In this document: piece by piece, positions 1 to 10,964 of the stretch
How the letters are laid out: each line of letters starts with the position of its first letter
How positions within the stretch are numbered: position 1 is the first letter of the stretch
NCBI GenBank assembly: GCA_963773065.1
Contig: CAVYZN010000019.1
Span: 20,894-84,893, forward strand
Reading direction: 5' to 3'
DNA from: an uncultured Gammaproteobacteria bacterium
GTDB taxonomy: Bacteria; Pseudomonadota; Gammaproteobacteria; UBA9214
DNA: 64,000 bases
Program-made: the position numbers and the translations under genes
Notes under the pieces: generated by a model
What the model was told of the DNA's origin: nothing
The model's input: the letters and a program-made list of their open reading frames with translations, nothing else
Databases searched by the model: none

Positions 1-404
1 AGGCGATAAAGATTATGCTTTATCATAAACTTGGGGCGCTACCCGAGCCACAGCTCACCGACAGATTCGGTTAGGATCTGATTTTTCTCGGTCTCGCCGC
101 AAGCTTTCTCAGCGTCTGAGCGATGGGCTGATGCTGCGGCTGACCCGGTGTTCTTCGACCCGTTGTAGTCCTTAGAACAAAATGCCGGAATGGCTGAAAC
201 GCAGGGAAAACCGGACGTTCACATCGTTATAGAACTCGTACTATAGTAATCGTACGTGCTATCGGTTGGGGTAAATGACAACGGGCGAAGATCCCTGCCA
301 TGTTGAACGGCATTCATAACAATGCCTGCTTTACTAACGACTGGCACGCATATGTGGCCCGCCGGCTCGAGATTCCGTCCGCGCCGGACCCGAAGGAGAA
401 TGAT

Positions 405-1343
405 ATGACCGACTCCAGCGCGAGCCACCCTGCCTGGCCCGAACTGCCGTACACGGCATGGGTGGAAAGCTGTACCACGCTGCATCTTTGGACCCAGGTC
501 GTCGGCAAGGTCCGTCTAGCCAAGTCGACCTGGATTAACCACTCCTGGCACGTGACCCTCTATGTGACCGCGCGGGGACTGACCACCTCCCCGATCCCGG
601 ACGGCCAGCGTCAGTTCCAGATCGACTTCGATTTCATCGATCACCGGCTGCTGGTGTCTGTGAGCAATGGCGAGACCAGGAGCCTGCCGCTGGCCCCGAT
701 GTCGGTTGCGGATTTCTACCAGGGCTTGATGGGATTGCTTGCGGAATTGGATATAGACGTAAGCATCCATGAATTGCCAAACGAGATTCCGGACCCGGTC
801 CCGTTCAGCCAGGACCATGTTCACGCCGCCTACGACGCCGACTACGCCAATCGGTACTGGCGGGTACTGCTGCAGGTGGACCGCGTGCTCAAGGAATTCC
901 GGGCGTGTTTCACAGGCAAGTGCAGCCCGGTCCACTTCTTCTGGGGCAGCAATGACATGGCGGTCACGCGCTTCTCCGGAGGACTGCGCCGCAACATCCG
1001 GGGGGCATTCCCCATCTGCCGGATCGCGTGACCCGCGAGGCCTATTCACACGAGGTCAGCAGCGCGGGCTTCTGGCCTGGGGGCGGTCCCATCGACTATG
1101 CCGCTTTCTACTCCTACGCCTATCCGGTGCCCGAGGGCTTCGCCGATCAGCCGGTCGGTCCGGAGGCGGCATTCTTCCACGATGACTTGGGCGAATTCCT
1201 CTTGCCCTACGACTGCCGTGCGGACCGCCACCGATCCTGACGCGACGCTACTCCGGTTTCTGCAAAGCACCTACGAAGCGGCGGCGAGGACCGCTGACTG
1301 GGATCGAGCGGCTCTGGAGCGTGAGCCCGGGCCGCCGACTTAG
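405..1343 (+). CDS. DUF5996-family protein (two apparent frameshifts near 985 and 1220)
   Basis: ATG at 405 after AAGGAG; WPELPY..TLHLWTQVVGK, NHSWHVTLYVTARGLTTSP, PVHFFWGS, REAYSHEVSSAGFWPG and LLRFLQSTYEAAA motifs are spread over three consecutive frames. Confidence 0.8.
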
Positions 1344-1644
1344 CCGCGCTGGTAATGACCGATTACAGTAGACCTGCCGTTCCCATGAATTATGCGAATG
1401 ACGTGTTCTGGCCGTTATGTACAATGTCGACCAATGTGCAGTGCGGTCGCTCATCTCCGACCCACCCGGTGCCGGGCCGGCCACGCTGCGGATACGCGTG
1501 CCGTGACAGACAACCCACGGAATGAACTGTTGCCGCCAGCCAATTCGGCCAGACTCCAGTGTCGTCATACCGGCTGTGGTCGTCGGCAATCGACTCCAAT
1601 ATCTGCCATTCATGCGTCGTTGGACTTGGACCCCGATTCCACCG

Positions 1645-2694
1645 CTAATGGCTGTGCCGGTGGTGCGTATCCGGAAAGTGGGGATGCGTATGTGTTAATG
1701 CTCCGTGCCGATGTAGATGGCGATGCTTTGTTCCTGGTGCAATTGGAACGTTGTGATTGTGCTGGTGATGTTCGTCATGAACATGTTCATGCTCATGCAC
1801 GATATCCTCATGAGTGTGTTCGTGCTCATGGCGCTCGCTGAGATGTAGCCATGCGCCCAATGCCATCAAGGCACCGGCGGCGAGCAATTGAACCGTGACG
1901 GGGTCACCCATAAGCACAGCCACCAGCGCACCGAAGAACGGTGCGACGGAGAAATAGGCTCCGGTCCGGGCCGTCCCAAGATGACGTAAGCCGACTACGA
2001 ATAACACCAGACTCACACCGTAGGCAAGCAGACCAACGATTAATGCCCCTGCCAGGTTGGGCAGGGTTGGCATGGATGCGCCCAGGTACAAGGCCAGAAT
2101 CAGATTGACAGTGCCGGATACCAGGCCTTTCACGGCGGCGATCCATGTGGCATCGGCAAGCGAAATCTTGCGGGTGAGGTTGTTGTCAACACCCCACGCG
2201 AAACAGGCGCCCAAAACCGCAAGCGAGGACCACAGACCGGTGATCCGCGCTTCTCCCGGCCAACTTAGAACGACTGCGCCGGCGACGATTGCCATCATCC
2301 CCAGCGCAATGCGTCGGTCGAAATTTTCCTTGAAAACGAACCATGCCAGCAATGCGGTGAATGCGCCTTCGGCATTCAGAAGCAGAGAAGCGCCCGATGC
2401 AGGCATGCCCGTCAGACCGATCATAAGAAGCACAGGGCCAACGATACCGCCCACCAGAATTGCTCCCGCAAACCAGGACAGCTCGTTCCGTTGAAGATGA
2501 ACGGCAGGCGCCCTGACCAAGCGCCGATAGAGCGTCAATCCTAGACCAGCCCCCAGATAGAGTAAGCCCGCCATCATCCAGGGACTGATGGCGTCAAGCA
2601 GCCACTTCGCAAGTGGGGTTCCAGCGCCAAACAACACTGCCGCCCCGAGAGCCGCGGAAATGCCCGACTGACGAAACGTCTTTTTCGATTCCAT
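1645..2694 (-). CDS. DMT/EamA-family transporter with His-rich C-terminal tail
   Basis: About 10 hydrophobic segments, AWGVDNNLTRK motif, C-terminal HEHEHTH...HTHPHFPDTHHRHSH. Confidence 0.85.
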   Translation of the reverse strand: MESKKTFRQSGISAALGAAVLFGAGTPLAKWLLDAISPWMMAGLLYLGAGLGLTLYRRLVRAPAVHLQRNELSWFAGAILVGGIVGPVLLMIGLTGMPASGASLLLNAEGAFTALLAWFVFKENFDRRIALGMMAIVAGAVVLSWPGEARITGLWSSLAVLGACFAWGVDNNLTRKISLADATWIAAVKGLVSGTVNLILALYLGASMPTLPNLAGALIVGLLAYGVSLVLFVVGLRHLGTARTGAYFSVAPFFGALVAVLMGDPVTVQLLAAGALMALGAWLHLSERHEHEHTHEDIVHEHEHVHDEHHQHNHNVPIAPGTKHRHLHRHGALTHTHPHFPDTHHRHSH

Positions 2695-2972
2695 GTTCGG
2701 TTCTTAATCGTGCGAACTAGCGAGGGTAAGCCTGTAACCTTCAAGTGTCCAATGACGATTTTGGCCGTAAGCCGACCCCGGCCCTTTGTTTGGCGCTTAA
2801 CTATCACAACCCAGGTGGATTGATCCAGCAAGTTGCCGGTCATTCATCACACGGGTTAATCGAGGGTTTATTGACAAAGCAGTTGCGAAACCCGTACCGC
2901 CCGTCAATGCAGGGCTTGCGTATTTCTAATAATGTACCTTCGTCTGCCGGTTCTGATCCGCATTACGACACC

Positions 2973-3203
2973 TCAGGAAAGCCGCGCCAGGCGCTGTTCC
3001 ACCCGCTCCAGCTCTTCGGCCGTCGATCTCGCGATGGCTTCCAGCACCTCGGCGTTCGCCAGTTGCGTAGCGCGTTCTTCCGAATCGGATTCGAGACCTT
3101 GCCGGATATCCTGCTTGATGGCTTCGAGCCGGGCGCGCAGCGCCCCACGCCGTGCCATCAGGCGCGCCTTTTCAGCCGCCAGTTCATCGTCTGCATCTGC
3201 CAT
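2973..3203 (-). CDS. Small coiled-coil protein resembling the DksA/TraR N-terminal half, without zinc finger
   Basis: 76 aa helical hairpin with acidic tip DSEERA; ends ELERVEQRLARL where the C4 finger would begin; purine-rich RBS upstream. Confidence 0.55.
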   Translation of the reverse strand: MADADDELAAEKARLMARRGALRARLEAIKQDIRQGLESDSEERATQLANAEVLEAIARSTAEELERVEQRLARLS

Positions 3204-3425
3204 GGCTCTCCCCTATCCTGTTGCGATCAACGGGGCTGTTGGAAAAATGCGCTCCGCCTGCTACCCGTTGCCGTAATTCTACGGCATTCCCTGCCGGAAA
3301 CCGATCTTCCGCTTTTTTTGCCGGTACAAACTGGTATGGTACGCCTCTGAGACACAGGCAGTCGCAGGCGAAACCGATCACCCGTCAACGCCCGCCTGGA
3401 CACGCCCTGCACGAGAGACCGCCCG

Positions 3426-3925
3426 ATGGGACGTTACCGGCCACCCGCACCGAAATCCTCGCCCTACATCACCCCGGAGGGCCATCAGGCCCTGCAACAG
3501 GAGCTGAAGGACCTGTGGCTGCGCCGCGCCGAGGTCACCCGCGCCCTGACTGCCGCCGCCGCCGAGGGCGATCGCTCGGAGAACGCCGAATACATCTATC
3601 GCAAGAAGGAACTGCGCGAGATCGACTGGCGCCTGCGCTACCTGCAGAAGCGCCTGCCGGAGCTGAAGGTAGTGTCCAGTCCACCGTCCAATCCGGAGCT
3701 GATCTTTTTCGGCGCCTGGGTCACCCTGGAAGACGACGACGGCGTGGAGCGGGTCTATCGCATCGTGGGCGCGGACGAGTTCGACACCGCCCGCGGCTGG
3801 ATCAGCATGGACGCCCCGCTGGCGCGCGCCCTGATGAAGAAGACGCTCGATGACGAGTCCAGGTCGAGACGCCCGGTGGAGTCCGGCATTACCTCATCGT
3901 CGGGGTACGCTACGAGGCACCCTGA
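3426..3925 (+). CDS. greB: Transcription elongation factor GreB (1-nt frameshift near 3857)
   Basis: [46 protein letters not shown]; the expected C-terminus [17 protein letters not shown] is in a shifted frame ending at TGA 3925. Confidence 0.93.
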
Positions 3926-3984
3926 TCGCCGGCGCGGGCGAAACCGCGGCCGTGCCGGAATGCCATTAAATACAGCTCGGATTT

Positions 3985-4035
3985 TTCACGCAAAGACGCA
4001 AAGAATCTTTAGCGCTAACGAGGCGTTGCGTGAAA
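3985..4035. repeat. Imperfect inverted repeat TTTCACGCAAAGACGCAAAG...GTTGCGTGAAA (miniature repeat element or terminator-like)
   Basis: Terminal TTTCACGCAA/TTGCGTGAAA complementarity between convergent genes. Confidence 0.45.
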
Positions 4036-4063
4036 CATCTTTGTAGTGAGTGCCGCGGAATTC

Positions 4064-4095
4064 GGGTTCGCACAAACGCGTGCCTAACCAGCCTC
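4064..4095. repeat. Degenerate REP-like palindrome, copy of 24800-24838
   Basis: Shares CACAAACG(A)CGTGCCTAACC with the copy at 24.8 kb. Confidence 0.55.
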
Positions 4096-4119
4096 AACGG
4101 AACACCATGCAATCACTTT

Positions 4120-5358
4120 TCACTTCGTGGTTGCAGCCGGTGATATCCGCCGCAGGCGGAACAGCCCCTCGGTGGCGCCGCCGTCGCTGGTGAAATAGAG
4201 CGCGCCGTCGGGCCCGAAGGCGACGCCGACCGGGCGCGCCCAGCGCTCGCCATTATCGAGCTGGAACCCGCTGACCAGATCTTCCACACCCTGCGCCACG
4301 CCGTCGCGGAAGCGCACCCGCACCAGCTTGGGAGGTCGGCGCGTGGCGGGATTGCCGAACGCCCCACCGGATGGCCGCGTGCCCCAGGAGCCGTGCAGGG
4401 CGACCACGGCATCGCCGGTGAATTGCGGATCGAGGGCGCCCGGCGGCACGAATGCCACGGCCATCGGCGCATTGCGCGCGGGAAAGGTTGCGACCGGGAT
4501 GGCGACATCGCTCTCCGGCCGCGGCGGCCGGCTCTTCACACACTCATCGCGGCGCAGCCGCTCCCCGTCGTACTGGAACCAGGGCATGCCGTGAAACGAG
4601 CCGGCATCGAGACGGCTGAAGTATTCCGGCGGCTGCTCGTAGCCGTGGTGGTCCGGCCCGTTGTTGCTGGCATACATAACCCCGGTCTCCGGCTGCCAGT
4701 CGAAGCCGACCGGGTTGCGCAGACCGGAGGCGTAGGGTTCGAAACGCGGCGTCGCGCCGTCCTCGCGCAGCACCAGCACGCCGCCGCGCCGTTGATCGAA
4801 CGGATAATCGGCGCCCAGATACTCGTCGCTGCAATTCTGGCTGATGCCGAGGCTCACGTACACGCGCCCGTCCGGACCGATGCGCACGGTGCGGCTGTTG
4901 TGCCCGCCGTCAGGCGGCAATGCCGCCAGCAGGGTGAGCGTCTCCGGCGGAATGGCCGTTTGACCCGGCCGGTAGGGCGCGCGATAGAGGCCGTCGGTCT
5001 GCGCGATCAGCATCTCGCCCTCGCGCAGCGCCACGCTGTGCGGGTAGTCGTTCAGGGTGATCAGCACCTCGGGATGCGTGTAGGGCGGCGCGAGCCGGTA
5101 GACCTTGCCGGATTTCGAGCCGATGAACAGATCACCGTTGGCGGCAAACGTCAGCAGACGCGGCCCATCCAGCTTCGCGGTCAGCAACTCGAGGGTATAA
5201 CCCGACGGCAGAGTCACCCGCTGCCTGGCGCCGCCCTCGAGGATGAGTTCCTGTTGCCGGTACTCGAGCGCCGGGGCCGCGGCAACGTACAGGCCGCCGA
5301 GCAGGCAAGCGAGACGCGCCGTGTTGCCGAGTCGTCCGGTCGTGCTGAATACCCTCAT
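4120..5358 (-). CDS. PQQ-dependent sugar/sorbosone dehydrogenase family beta-propeller, exported
   Basis: Signal peptide; GHNSRTV, YASGLRNPVGFDW, ALHGSW and RPVGVAFGPDGALYFTSD motifs. Confidence 0.85.
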   Translation of the reverse strand: MRVFSTTGRLGNTARLACLLGGLYVAAAPALEYRQQELILEGGARQRVTLPSGYTLELLTAKLDGPRLLTFAANGDLFIGSKSGKVYRLAPPYTHPEVLITLNDYPHSVALREGEMLIAQTDGLYRAPYRPGQTAIPPETLTLLAALPPDGGHNSRTVRIGPDGRVYVSLGISQNCSDEYLGADYPFDQRRGGVLVLREDGATPRFEPYASGLRNPVGFDWQPETGVMYASNNGPDHHGYEQPPEYFSRLDAGSFHGMPWFQYDGERLRRDECVKSRPPRPESDVAIPVATFPARNAPMAVAFVPPGALDPQFTGDAVVALHGSWGTRPSGGAFGNPATRRPPKLVRVRFRDGVAQGVEDLVSGFQLDNGERWARPVGVAFGPDGALYFTSDGGATEGLFRLRRISPAATTK

Positions 5359-5530
5359 GCGAAAACCCTCCCGGGTGGATAATTGACCCTGACTAGTATA
5401 CCGGCCGGAACGGGCATTGCCGCATCGGGGTTTGTCCGTGATCGTCGCAACCGGAAACGTGGCTTGCTATGGCATGTCGGGAACTGTCATGCTAGAAATT
5501 GAATACATCCCTCACGATCCGGAGCCCGCT

Positions 5531-6162
5531 ATGAAGCCCTTGCCGTTTCGCGCCAATCGCCCCCTGCAGGGCATGTTGCTCTGGCTGATCCTGCTCTGGG
5601 CGATCACCGCGATCGATCCCTTCAACCGGCATGACTGGCTGCTCGAGAATCTGCTGGTCTTTATCTACGGATTCCTGCTGGTGATCAGCTACCGGCGCTT
5701 CGCCTTCTCCAACCTCTCCTATGGTCTGTTCACCGTGTTTATCAGCCTGCACCTGGTCGGCGCGCACTATACCTATTCCGAAACACCGTTCGGCTTCTGG
5801 CTCCAGGACCTGTTCGACCTGGAACGCAATCACTACGACCGCATCGTGCACTTTTCCTTCGGCCTGCTGATCGCCTACCCGTTTCGCGAACTGCTGCTGC
5901 GCGCCACGGGCATGCGCGCGGCATGGTCATACCTGCTCACCGTAACCGTCGTGCTGGCTTTCAGCAACTTCTATGAAATCATCGAGGCCATCGTCGCGGA
6001 AATCGTCAGTCCCGAACTGGGCTCCGCCTACCTCGGCACCCAGGGCGATACTTGGGATGCGCAGAAAGACGCTTCGTGGCCTTTCTCGGCAGCGTCATGG
6101 CCATGACCGTCACCTGGTTGAGGGTACGCGGGCGGCGCGCCGCGGCCGGTGACACGTATTAA
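5531..6162 (+). CDS. DUF2238 (YjdF-like) inner-membrane protein (frameshift near 6072)
   Basis: DWLLENLL, GAHYTYSETPFG, RNHYDRIVHF, YLGTQGDTWDAQKD; last TM helix is in a shifted frame ending at TAA 6162. Confidence 0.85.
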
Positions 6163-6385
6163 CGACGCGCCTGCGCAACACGCCAGCGCGTGTCTTGAAC
6201 TGGCGGGACTGTCGGTACGGGTAATATCGTGTATAAATAGCGCACCGGCTGACATCCAGAAAGTCACAATAAATGGGCATGCGAGACCTGACGACGATTC
6301 ACGGAGATACTGATTTCCGCGCCGCGACGGTGCCCGTGTCCGCACTTGGGCGGAGGGCACATCAGCGAGCCGCAGACCGTCTTTC

Positions 6386-9046
6386 ATGAACAAGATCAAC
6401 ATCATCATCGCCGTGGCCATCACGGCGGTCACCATCAGCGTCTGGGCCTGGATCAACCGCCCGGACACCGAGCCGCCGTGGCCGCCGGTCATCCAGGGCT
6501 TCTCGTTCTCGCCCATGCGGGCCCACAACAACCCGCTGCTCGGCAGCTATCCAACCGTCCAGGAAATTGAGGAGGACCTGGTCTTGCTGAGGGGCAAGAC
6601 CAACTCCGTGCGCACCTACACGCTGGAAGGAACGCTGGCAGAGATCCCGGCCCTGGCCGCCAAGCACGGCATCAACGTGGCACTGGGCGCGTGGCTCGAT
6701 ACCCGCCTCGATCACAACGACGCCGAGATCAAGCGGCTGCTAGAGATCGCACAAAAGCACCGGCGCAACGTGGTCCGGGTGATCGTCGGCAACGAGGCGG
6801 TGCTGCGCGGGGACATCCCGGTCGCCAAGTTGATCCAATACCTCGGCAAGGTGCGCGCCAAGGTGAAAATCCCAGTGAGCACCGCGGAGCCCTGGCACAT
6901 CTGGAAGAAAAACCCGGAGCTGGTCAAGCACGTCGATTACCTCGCGGTGCACGTGCTGCCCTACTGGGAAGGCGTGCCCGTGCAGCGGGCGGTGGACTTC
7001 GTGGTCGAGCGCATCAATGAACTGCGGGTGATGTATCCCAACAAGCCGATCGTGATTACCGAGGTTGGCTGGCCCAGCAATGGACGCACGCGCCAGGGAG
7101 CGGTCGCCTCGGACGCGAATGAGGCGATCTTCCTGCGCCGCTTCATCCAACGGGCGGCGCAGGAAAATTACATTTACTACATCATGGAAGCCTTTGATCA
7201 ACCTTGGAAAACGGCACGCCAGGCAGAAGGCGCCGTGGGCGCCTACTGGGGCGTGTTCGACGTCGAGAGGCAACCGAAATTCGCCTTTTCCGACCCCATT
7301 GTAGGAATCCCCGGCTGGCCCAAGCTGGCCGGGATCTCCGTGCTGCTCGCCGCCATCACCTTTGCCCTGCTGCTGATCGACAGCAAGACCCTGACCAGCC
7401 ACGGCCGCAGCTTTCTCGCCATCATCGCCTATGCCGCCGCCACGGCCGCGGTGTGGATCGTCTATGAATATACCCATCAATACCTGACCCTCAGCACCAT
7501 CCTCACAGGGCTGCTGATGCTGGTCGGCATGATCGGGGTGATCGTGGTGCTGCTGATCGAGGCGCATGAGTGGGCCGAGGCGCTGTGGGTGCAGGAACGG
7601 CGGCGGCTGTTCAAGCCGCGGCCGATGGCCGATGCGGACCTGCCGATGGTCTCGATACATGTGCCAGCCTACAACGAGCCGCCGGAGATGCTGATTGAAA
7701 CGCTCGATACTCTCGCGCGGCTGAATTATCCCCGCTTCGAGGTCCTGCTCATCGACAACAATACCTGGGACCCCGCCGTCTGGAAGCCGGTCGAGGCGCA
7801 CTGCCGGCGACTCGGCGAGCGCTTCCGCTTCTTTCACGTCGCCCCCCTCGCCGGCTTCAAGTCCGGGGCATTGAATTACGCGCTCGCGCACACGGCGGAC
7901 GAGGCGCGGATCATCGCCGTCATCGACAGCGACTACAGCGTCGACCCGGACTGGCTGCGCGACCTGGTGCCCCGGTTCCAGCGGCCGCAGATCGCCATCG
8001 TGCAGGCGCCGCAGGATTACCGGGACGGCGGCGAGAACGCCTTCAAGGCGATGTGTTACGCGGAATATCGCGGCTTTTTCTTTATCGGCATGATCACCCG
8101 CAACGAGCGCAACGCGATCATCCAGCACGGCACCATGACCCTGGTTCGCAGGACGGTGCTGGCCGAGGTCGGCGGCTGGAGCGAATGGAGCATTACCGAG
8201 GATGCCGAACTCGGCCTGCGCATCTTCGAGAAGGGTTACGAGGCGACCTATTTCCCGAACAGCTACGGCAAGGGCCTCATACCCGACACGTTCATGAGCT
8301 ACAAAAACCAGCGCTTCCGCTGGGCGTATGGCGCCATGCAGATCATGCGCCGCCATGCGTCGAAATTGTTTGGCGGCGGCGCCAGCCGGCTGACCGCCGG
8401 TCAGCGCTATCACTTTCTGGCGGGGTGGCTGCCATGGATTGCCGACGGCGCGAACCTGGTGTTCAACCTGGCTGCGCTGGGCTGGTCACTGGGGATGATC
8501 ACGATGCCGGTACGCTTCGACCCCCCGTTGATCATTCTTTCCGTCCTGCCGCTGGCGCTCTTCAGTTTCAAGATCGCGAAGGTGATCTACCTGTACCGGG
8601 GCGCCCGGGTGGTCGGAACCGCGTGGCAGACACTGGCCGCCATACTGGCGGGACTGGCGCTCTCGCACACTATCGCCAAGGCCATGCTGTTGGGGATGGT
8701 CACCAGCGGCAGGCCCTTTTTGCGCACACCCAAACGGGAACACAGCCTGGCGCTGGTGAAGGCCCTGGCGAGCGCGCGCGAAGAAAGCCTGTTCATGCTG
8801 GCATTGTGGGGCGCCGCCGCGGGTATCGTCATGAAGCACGGATCGGACAGCCTGGATCTCCTGCTCTGGATCATCGTCCTGATCGTGCAATCGATCCCCT
8901 ACCTGGCGGCGTTGTTGATGTCCCTGATCAGCGGCCTGCCACGCATGCGCGCGAAACTGGTCTATGCGGATCATCCTGTCGCTACCGGGCAAGCACCGGC
9001 GGCGGTGAACGGCGATGCCGGCATGCCTTCGGCGCACCAGAAGTAA
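6386..9046 (+). CDS. ndvB: NdvB-like cyclic/periplasmic beta-1,3-glucan synthase (GH17 + GT2)
   Basis: GH17 VIVGNEAVLR, STAEPW, EVGWPS; GT2 HVPAYNEP, KSGALN, IDSDY, TEDAELG, QRFRW; C-terminal TM helices. Confidence 0.85.
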   Translation: MNKINIIIAVAITAVTISVWAWINRPDTEPPWPPVIQGFSFSPMRAHNNPLLGSYPTVQEIEEDLVLLRGKTNSVRTYTLEGTLAEIPALAAKHGINVALGAWLDTRLDHNDAEIKRLLEIAQKHRRNVVRVIVGNEAVLRGDIPVAKLIQYLGKVRAKVKIPVSTAEPWHIWKKNPELVKHVDYLAVHVLPYWEGVPVQRAVDFVVERINELRVMYPNKPIVITEVGWPSNGRTRQGAVASDANEAIFLRRFIQRAAQENYIYYIMEAFDQPWKTARQAEGAVGAYWGVFDVERQPKFAFSDPIVGIPGWPKLAGISVLLAAITFALLLIDSKTLTSHGRSFLAIIAYAAATAAVWIVYEYTHQYLTLSTILTGLLMLVGMIGVIVVLLIEAHEWAEALWVQERRRLFKPRPMADADLPMVSIHVPAYNEPPEMLIETLDTLARLNYPRFEVLLIDNNTWDPAVWKPVEAHCRRLGERFRFFHVAPLAGFKSGALNYALAHTADEARIIAVIDSDYSVDPDWLRDLVPRFQRPQIAIVQAPQDYRDGGENAFKAMCYAEYRGFFFIGMITRNERNAIIQHGTMTLVRRTVLAEVGGWSEWSITEDAELGLRIFEKGYEATYFPNSYGKGLIPDTFMSYKNQRFRWAYGAMQIMRRHASKLFGGGASRLTAGQRYHFLAGWLPWIADGANLVFNLAALGWSLGMITMPVRFDPPLIILSVLPLALFSFKIAKVIYLYRGARVVGTAWQTLAAILAGLALSHTIAKAMLLGMVTSGRPFLRTPKREHSLALVKALASAREESLFMLALWGAAAGIVMKHGSDSLDLLLWIIVLIVQSIPYLAALLMSLISGLPRMRAKLVYADHPVATGQAPAAVNGDAGMPSAHQK

Positions 9047-9136
9047 CCGTCGCGGGCGGCTTCGCCTTCATTCACACCCTTCCCGATACGAAGCCGGCAC
9101 TGACGCGGAGGCGGTCATCGGGCAAAATACCCTGCC

Positions 9137-10964
9137 GTGAATACTGACAGCCGCGAAGACGATCATCCGCCGCCGGCCGACCAGGCGCGCGAGCTGCTCG
9201 CGCGAGTCATCGCCAGGCTGGCGCAGCGCTACCGCGATGCCCCTCCGCCGTTGAGTACGGATGAGTTGGCCCGGCGCCTGGCGGCATTGCAGTTGGCCGA
9301 CGCGGCGCTGCGCGATCTCGCCGCCCTGGACGGCCCGACCACGCGTCCGCTGCAGGTGGCCGTGATGGGGCCGACCCAGGTCGGCAAGAGCACCGTCGTC
9401 AACCTGCTGCTCGGCAAGCGCGTTGCCGAGGTGAGCCCGCTGGCAGGTTACACCATCCACCCGCAGGGTTTCGCCCTCAACCCGCGGGATGCGAGCCTGG
9501 CATGGATCAAGCCCTTCTTCCCCGGCTGGGAATGCCGCGACGGCGCGGCGCTGACCCGCGACCGGCTCGACTGTTATGCCCTGCGTACCCTCGGCGGCGA
9601 CACGGCCGGCATGGCTCCCGATACGGTGATCTGGGATACGCCCGACTTCGACTCCTTCAAGGCCCACAGCTATCAACGCGGCGTGCTGGAAGTCGCCGCC
9701 CTCGCCGATGTGATCGTGCTGGTGGTGAGCAAGGAGAAGTACGCGGACCTGTCGGTGTGGAAAACCCTGCAGTTGCTGGAACCCCTGCGGCGGTCCCTGG
9801 TGGTGTGCCTGAACAAGACCAACGGAGACGCCCGGGAGCTGCTGGTAGCGGCGCTGCGGACCCGGCTCGCCGAACTGACGGCGGCGGCCGGCACCATCGA
9901 TGTCATCGTCATACCCTACTGCCCCGACATCGATGCGTTCGCGGCCGCGGGCCGCCCGCCGGAGGCGGCCGAACTGCGCGCGGCGCTGCGCCGTGCGCTG
10001 GATGGCGTGGACCGCCGCGGGCGTGGCGCCGGCGTGGGGGCGCTGCTGCAACGCCACTGGACGGACTGGATGGCGCCGGTCACGATTGAACTGGCGGCGG
10101 CCGGAATCTGGGAGCAATCCATCGACGCGGCCATCGGCCAGGCGCTGACAGCCTACCGGGATGAGTTCCTGGATCACCCGCAACGCTTCGACACCTTTCG
10201 CCTGGCCATACTCGAACTCCTGCAACTGCTGGAATTGCCCGGTCTTGCCAAGTCCCTGACACGCATCCGCCAGGCGCTCACCTGGCCGGCCCGCCAGCTC
10301 TTCGATTCCCGGCGCATGAAGACCCTCACGGGGCGCCTGCGCGGCAAGGCGGCTGCATGACCTGCCCGGTGAGGAACTGATCCTGCGCGACCTGCTGGGG
10401 CAATTGCTCACCACGCTGTCGCGCGATGCCCTGCGCCGCGGCGCGCCGCAAGCGCCGGGCGCCGCATTCTGGCAGGCGCTCGGCCTGCGCCTCGCCGAAC
10501 GGCAGGCGGACCTGACCGGACAATTCGCCGCGGCCGCCCACCGGCACCACCTCGACTTCCAACCGGAAATCGAGACCGCGGCTCACGAACTCTATGCCAA
10601 CCTGCAGCAGAAACCCGCCCTGCTCAACACCCTGCGCGCGGCGCGCCTCACCACCGACGCCGCTGCCATCGTTCTGGCCCTGAAAACCGGGGGCGTGGGG
10701 CTGAATGACCTGCTGTTCGCACCGGCGATGGTGTCGCTGACCTCCATGCTGACCGAGGGCGCCCTCGGGTCTTACATGACGCAGGTCGCCGGCCGGCTGA
10801 AGCAGGCCCAGTATGCCGCCGTAGAGCGGCGGCTATTCCACGGCCCGGTACGGGAGGCGTTAAGCGCGCTGGCCGAAAACCTCGAGGCGCCCGGCCTGTT
10901 CGGCATCTCGCGGCCGGAATACGCGGCGGCGGAGCAGGCGCTCAAGGCGTGGCGGCATGACTGA
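9137..10964 (+). CDS. Dynamin-like/MMR_HSR1-type GTPase A (frameshift near 10355)
   Basis: G1 GPTQVGKS, G3 DTPD, G4 LNK; the frame continues HDLPGEELILRDLLGQ into ORF 10404-10964 with a hydrophobic hairpin. Confidence 0.75.

Noticed and set aside
1-300. Structured RNA or att site at the window start (CACATC-GTTATAG near 220-232)
   Set aside because: No complementary partner arm or recognisable RNA family; context is cut off by the window edge.
3840-3925. Programmed frameshifting in greB or the other split genes
   Set aside because: No slippery heptamer or stimulatory structure at greB, and indels are scattered across unrelated genes.
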